A stretch of 64,000 nucleotides of DNA. It comes from Gammaproteobacteria bacterium (GTDB lineage: Bacteria > Pseudomonadota > Gammaproteobacteria > Eutrophobiales > Eutrophobiaceae). The stretch lies in NCBI GenBank assembly GCA_963422205.2, contig CAXMWX010000005.1, positions 416,001-480,000 of the forward strand. The letters are read 5' to 3'. The notes under the pieces are model-generated. The model had not been told where the DNA came from. It did no database searches and saw only the letters and a list, made by a program, of their open reading frames with translations. The position numbers and the translations under genes were made by a program. Shown here piece after piece: positions 59,464 to 64,000 of this stretch (position 1 is the first letter of the stretch; the number at the start of each line of letters is the position of its first letter).

Positions 59464-61338
59464 ATGAACAAAGGCACACCTGAAAAAATGATACTCACCT
59501 CCATGGACATCGCCGGCGAGAAGCGGGCGCAGTTGCGGCGGCTTTTTCCCGAAGCGTTTGGTGAGGGGGGTATCGACTTTGAGCAGTTGCGCCGTGCGCT
59601 TGGTGATTGGGTTGCGCCGGGTAAGGAGCGCTACGGTCTGAGCTGGCCGGGCAAGGCCGATTGCATGCGGGTTATCCAGGCGCCCAGCATTGCCACGCTC
59701 AAGCCCGACCGGAAGGCGGGCGTCAACTTTGACGCGACGCAAAATGTGTTTATTGAGGGCGATAATCTGGAGGTGCTCAAGCTGCTGCAAAAGGCGTATT
59801 TTGGCAAGGTCAAGATGATTTACATCGACCCGCCGTACAACACCGGCAAAGAATTTATCTACCCCGACAAGTATCAGGAAAACCTGGCCACCTATCTGGC
59901 CTATACTGGCCAAACCGATGGCGAGGGGCGCGCGTTTGCGACCAACACCGAGGCGGGCGGGCGCTACCACGCCAACTGGCTGAATATGATCTACCCACGG
60001 CTGTATTTGGCGCGCAACCTGCTGCGCGATGACGGGGTGATCTTTATCAGCATCGATGATAACGAGCAGGCGAATTTGAAGAAGGTGTGTGATGAGATAT
60101 TTGGGGCAGAGAATTTTGTTGGCAATGTAGCATGGAAAAAAACCAGTGGTGATAACAAACCGTCATTTGCTTTCACCCATGATAGCATCTTGATATATAC
60201 GAAATCGCTCAATACATTTCCAAGAACTCCTCTAAGTCAAGATCAAAAAAGACAATACAAAAACCCTGACAACGATCCCAAAGGGTACTGGGCTGAAAGT
60301 GACTATCGCAGCAAATGGTCAAAATCTGAAAGACCGAATCTATATTATGGAATCACAAATAGAAATACTAAAGAGTTGATATTTCCCGATACATTTTCAA
60401 GCTCATCAAGGGTATGGGGCTACGAAGAAAAAACACACATTAAGAATGAAAAGCTGGGTCTTGTTTGGTGGGGATTAGATGGCAAAGCAAAGGAACCTAG
60501 AAAAAAACGCTATCTTTCAGAGCACAAAGGAGCTAATACGAGGAGCCTATGGCTAGATGCAGGTACAAATGATAATGCAAGTCAAGAATTAAGAACTTTA
60601 CTTAATGGAAACCATTTTGACAATCCCAAGCCAGTGAGTTTGCTGAAGCGAATTATTGGCATAGTTGCCAGAGAAAACGACCTCATCCTCGACTTCTTCG
60701 CCGGTTCTTGTACCACGGCTCATGCGGTGATGCAGCTGAACGCCGAGGATGGCGGCAACAGGCGCTGTATTTCGGTGCAGCTGCCCGAGCCGTGCGATCC
60801 TAAGTCGGAAGCCTACAAGGAGGGCTATAAGAACATCGCCGAGATTGGCAAGGAGCGCATGCGCCGTGCGGGGCAGAAGATCGCGGCGGAACAGGAGGGC
60901 GGCGCGCTCGATGTCGGTTTTAAGGCGTTCAAACTTGACCGCTCCAACTTTGCCCCTTGGGAAGGCGATGCGGCGAAGATTGACGACCTTGCCGCCCAGC
61001 TTGCGATGCACGTTGACCATATCAACGGGGCGAGCAGCGCCGAGGATATTCTGTATGAGGTGCTGCTGAAGGCGGGGTTTGAACTTGCCACCCAGGTCGA
61101 GCGGCGCACCATGGCGGGCAAGGCGGTGTATGCGGTGGACGATGGCGCGCTGCTTATCTGCCTTGACAGGGCGATTACGCCGGCCTTGATTGACGCGCTG
61201 GCCGAGGCCGACCCGCAGCAGGTGATTTGCCTTGATGCGGGCTTTGCCGGCAACGACCAGCTCAAAGTGAACGCGGTGCATACCTTCAAGATGCGCGCCG
61301 CCCGCAGCGAAGCGGAAATCATCTTTAGAACGGTGTGA
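59464..61338 (+). CDS. mod: Type III restriction-modification methyltransferase Mod
   Basis: YGLSWPGK, IEGDNLEVLKLL, IYIDPPYNTG, FDNPKPV and LDFFAGSCTTAHA. Confidence 0.95.
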   Translation: MNKGTPEKMILTSMDIAGEKRAQLRRLFPEAFGEGGIDFEQLRRALGDWVAPGKERYGLSWPGKADCMRVIQAPSIATLKPDRKAGVNFDATQNVFIEGDNLEVLKLLQKAYFGKVKMIYIDPPYNTGKEFIYPDKYQENLATYLAYTGQTDGEGRAFATNTEAGGRYHANWLNMIYPRLYLARNLLRDDGVIFISIDDNEQANLKKVCDEIFGAENFVGNVAWKKTSGDNKPSFAFTHDSILIYTKSLNTFPRTPLSQDQKRQYKNPDNDPKGYWAESDYRSKWSKSERPNLYYGITNRNTKELIFPDTFSSSSRVWGYEEKTHIKNEKLGLVWWGLDGKAKEPRKKRYLSEHKGANTRSLWLDAGTNDNASQELRTLLNGNHFDNPKPVSLLKRIIGIVARENDLILDFFAGSCTTAHAVMQLNAEDGGNRRCISVQLPEPCDPKSEAYKEGYKNIAEIGKERMRRAGQKIAAEQEGGALDVGFKAFKLDRSNFAPWEGDAAKIDDLAAQLAMHVDHINGASSAEDILYEVLLKAGFELATQVERRTMAGKAVYAVDDGALLICLDRAITPALIDALAEADPQQVICLDAGFAGNDQLKVNAVHTFKMRAARSEAEIIFRTV

Positions 61339-61342
61339 GGCG

Positions 61343-62434
61343 GTGGTGAAGCCTTACATTCCGCAGCCACTGCCGCTCGACAATCTGGACTATCAATTAC
61401 TGCTGCCGTTGGTGGGGCAGGCGGGTGCGGCGCTGGCGCGTTACGATGGTTTGCTGCTTGGGATTCCCAATCCAGAAGTGATGCTGTCGCCACTGACGAC
61501 ACAGGAAGCTGTGCTTTCGTCAAAAATAGAGGGTACGCAGGCCACGATGGATGAGGTACTGGAACACGAGGCCGGGCTGGAGAAGCAAGGGGAAAAACTG
61601 AAGGATATTCAGGAGATATTCAACTATCGAAAAGCCTTATATCAAGCGAGTGATTATCTGGAAGATTATCCGATTCGTTTAGGTTTTGTGCGTGAGTTGC
61701 ACAAAATACTGATGGACAGTGTACGCGGCAAAGACAAATCCCCCGGTGAGTTTCGCAAGACGCAGAACTGGATAGGTGCGCCGGGTTCTCCGGTGGAACG
61801 GGCCACTTTTGTGCCGCCAGCGCCGCTGGTGATGCACGATAGTCTGAACCTGTGGCAAGCCTATATGGATTCTGATGATATTGATCCATTGCTGCAAACT
61901 GCCATTGTGCATGCCCAGTTTGAATTGATTCATCCGTTTGAAGATGGCAATGGGCGCATCGGCCGCATTCTGATCCCGCTGTTCTTGTACCAGAAAAAAG
62001 TGCTGTTTCTACCCATGTTTTACCTGAGTGAGTATCTGGAGGCGCACCGCGACCAATACTATGACCACCTGCAATCCATATCGGCAACAGGCGACTGGAA
62101 CAGCTGGCTCGCTTTTTTCTTGCGGGCGATTGCCGAGCAATCAGCCACCAATGCAAAGCGGGTTCGGCAGATCATGGCGCTGTATGATGAAATGAAGCAA
62201 CGGACTCATGAGGTCACGCACTCCCAATACGTAAACCATGTTCTGGATGCTATTTTTGCCAATCCGGTTTTCCGAACGACCGATTTGGTCAAGCAAACCG
62301 GTATCCACAAGCCAACCGCCATGAGTTTGATCCAAAAGCTCAAAAAACAGGATATTCTGCAAGAACTGCTGCCAGGGTCCGGCAGGCGGGCGGCCATATT
62401 GTGCTTCGGGGCACTATTGGCGATTACTCAATGA
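61343..62434 (+). CDS. Fic family protein (class II) with C-terminal wHTH
   Basis: Inhibitory SSKIEG helix and Fic motif HPFEDGNGRIGR. Confidence 0.92.
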   Translation: MVKPYIPQPLPLDNLDYQLLLPLVGQAGAALARYDGLLLGIPNPEVMLSPLTTQEAVLSSKIEGTQATMDEVLEHEAGLEKQGEKLKDIQEIFNYRKALYQASDYLEDYPIRLGFVRELHKILMDSVRGKDKSPGEFRKTQNWIGAPGSPVERATFVPPAPLVMHDSLNLWQAYMDSDDIDPLLQTAIVHAQFELIHPFEDGNGRIGRILIPLFLYQKKVLFLPMFYLSEYLEAHRDQYYDHLQSISATGDWNSWLAFFLRAIAEQSATNAKRVRQIMALYDEMKQRTHEVTHSQYVNHVLDAIFANPVFRTTDLVKQTGIHKPTAMSLIQKLKKQDILQELLPGSGRRAAILCFGALLAITQ

Positions 62435-62437
62435 TGA

Positions 62438-62533
62438 TTTGTGTATCGTTCAATCGACACAAACCTGTTTGTGTATTGAAAATCGTAAAAAACGATACAC
62501 AAGGATGTTTGTGACTATTTCGTAAGACACAAA
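62438..62533. repeat. Three tandem TTTGTG...CACAA(A/G) palindromes
   Basis: TTTGTG-N14-CACAAA at 62438, TTTGTG-N24-CACAAG at 62468 and TTTGTG-N14-CACAAA at 62508. Confidence 0.6.
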
Positions 62534-62542
62534 GGAGCAGCG

Positions 62543-64000
62543 ATGAAGCTCAAGTTTGACGCGGCGCTGGAGCATCAACTCGCGGCGATTGATGCGGTGG
62601 TGGGTGTCTTTGACGGCCTGCCGCTTGCGCGTGCCAACTTCGAGATTAGCCAGCGCCTCGATGGGCTGGGGCTGGTGTACACCGAGCAGGGGGTTGGCAA
62701 TGCGATTACCCTTGATGATGCCCGCATCCTTGCCAACGTGCGCGCGGTGCAGGAGCGCAACAACATCGAGATGGTGGCGGAACTTGAGGGGCCGGCGAGC
62801 GGTGGTATGCACTTTACCATCGAGATGGAGACGGGCACCGGCAAGACCTACGTCTACCTGCGGACGATCTTCGAGCTGAACAAACACTATGGCTTCAAAA
62901 AGTTCATCATCGTGGTGCCGAGCATTGCGGTGCGCGAGGGGGTGCAGAAGAGCATCGAGATGATGGGGCAGCACTTGCGTACCCTCTACCAGAACGTGCC
63001 GTTCAAGCCATTTGTGTATGACTCCGGCAAGCTCGAACAGGTGAGCGCCTTTGCCCGCGACACGACGCTCCAGATCATGATCATCAATATCCAATCCTTC
63101 CAGCGCGAGGCCAATATCTTCAACCAGGAACACGAGCGCAGCCACGGCTACCGACCGCGCGACCTGGTGCGGGCGGCCAGGCCGATTGTGATTATCGATG
63201 AGCCGCAGAATATGGAGGGGGCGCGCTCGGCGGAGGCGATGCAGAGCCTTGAGGCGGCGGCGACGCTGCGCTACTCGGCGACGCACCGGCGTGTCTATAA
63301 CCTGCTGTACAAGCTGGACCCGGTGCGCGCCTATGATTTGCACCTGGTCAAGCAGATTGAGGTGGCCTCTATCCGCGGCGATGGCAGCTTCAACGATGCC
63401 TATGTCAAGCTGCTGGCCACCGACAATGCGCGCGGCATCAAGGCGCAGGTGGCGCTGCACCGGCGCAAGCCGGGCGGCGAGGTGGGCGTTGCCAAGCGTT
63501 GGCTGAAGCTGGGCGATAACCTGTTTGCCAAATCGGGCGGCATCGCGCTGTACCGCGCGGGCTACATTGTGCAGACGATCGATTGCACGCCCGGCGCGGA
63601 GTATATCGAGTTCAACCAGGGTACGCGGCTTGCGCTGGGCCAGGAGCGTGGCGGCATGGGCGATGAGGTTATGCAGGCGCAGGTGGCCACGACGGTAGAG
63701 CGGCACCTGGAGCGGGAGCGCGCGCTCAAGGGCAGGGGCATCAAGGTGTTGTCGCTCTTCTTCATTGACCGGGTGGCCAACTATCGCGTCTATAACGAAG
63801 ATGGATCGACCGCGCTTGGCAAGATTGGCCGCTGGTTTGAAGAGGCGTTCGCGGCGCACTCGGCAAAGCCGGACTATCGGGGGCTTATCGATCACCCGGT
63901 GGCAAATGTGCATGGCGGCTACTTCTCGCAGGATAAGCACAAGCGCGCCAAGGATACGCGCGGCAACACGGTCGATGATGAGGATACCTACGCGCTTATC
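62543..64000 (+). CDS. res: Type III restriction endonuclease Res; runs off the right edge of the window
   Basis: AAGGAG RBS; manual translation MKLKFDAALEHQLAAIDAVVGVF...FTIEMETGTGKTYVYLRTIFEL...VVPSIAVREGV...IIDEPQ...LRYSATH...IKVLSLFFIDRVANYR...HGGYFSQDK. Confidence 0.93.
   Translation, partial: MKLKFDAALEHQLAAIDAVVGVFDGLPLARANFEISQRLDGLGLVYTEQGVGNAITLDDARILANVRAVQERNNIEMVAELEGPASGGMHFTIEMETGTGKTYVYLRTIFELNKHYGFKKFIIVVPSIAVREGVQKSIEMMGQHLRTLYQNVPFKPFVYDSGKLEQVSAFARDTTLQIMIINIQSFQREANIFNQEHERSHGYRPRDLVRAARPIVIIDEPQNMEGARSAEAMQSLEAAATLRYSATHRRVYNLLYKLDPVRAYDLHLVKQIEVASIRGDGSFNDAYVKLLATDNARGIKAQVALHRRKPGGEVGVAKRWLKLGDNLFAKSGGIALYRAGYIVQTIDCTPGAEYIEFNQGTRLALGQERGGMGDEVMQAQVATTVERHLERERALKGRGIKVLSLFFIDRVANYRVYNEDGSTALGKIGRWFEEAFAAHSAKPDYRGLIDHPVANVHGGYFSQDKHKRAKDTRGNTVDDEDTYALI

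Noticed and set aside
62450-63940. 496-aa minus-strand ORF, and similar long antisense ORFs over mod, ileS and pfa
   Set aside because: Antisense shadows typical of GC-rich coding DNA; the plus strand here encodes the Res subunit.

Overview
Window from a GC-rich gammaproteobacterial chromosome. From left to right it contains: (1) the edge of a decayed island at tRNA-Thr(CGT), with an IetA-like AAA+ ATPase and a frameshifted tyrosine integrase; (2) a type IV minor-pilin locus (pilE, fimT, pilV, pilW, pilX, pilY1) interrupted by four paralogous 58-85 aa coiled-coil/C-terminal-TM genes, three in a tandem array, and bracketed by DUF1640-like ORFs; (3) a housekeeping block (ispH-lspA-ileS-ribF-murJ, rpsT, proB-obgE-rpmA-rplU, ispB, LysR, dacB); (4) a pfaD-pfaA-pfaBC-oleABCD-PPTase polyunsaturated fatty acid/olefin cluster, split between pfaA and pfaBC by an antisense, AT-rich type V-A CRISPR-Cas locus (cas12a-cas4-cas1-cas2, 14 repeats/13 spacers); (5) fadD, a MAPEG gene, a flavodoxin, and a type III R-M system with a Fic gene between mod and res. 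The cas12a has a 1-nt deletion just before the RuvC-I catalytic Asp and atypical PI/WED loops. The best candidates for new biology are the micro-protein array inside the pilus operon and the split Cas12a system inside the lipid operon. All calls come from reading motifs by eye; no database searches were run.
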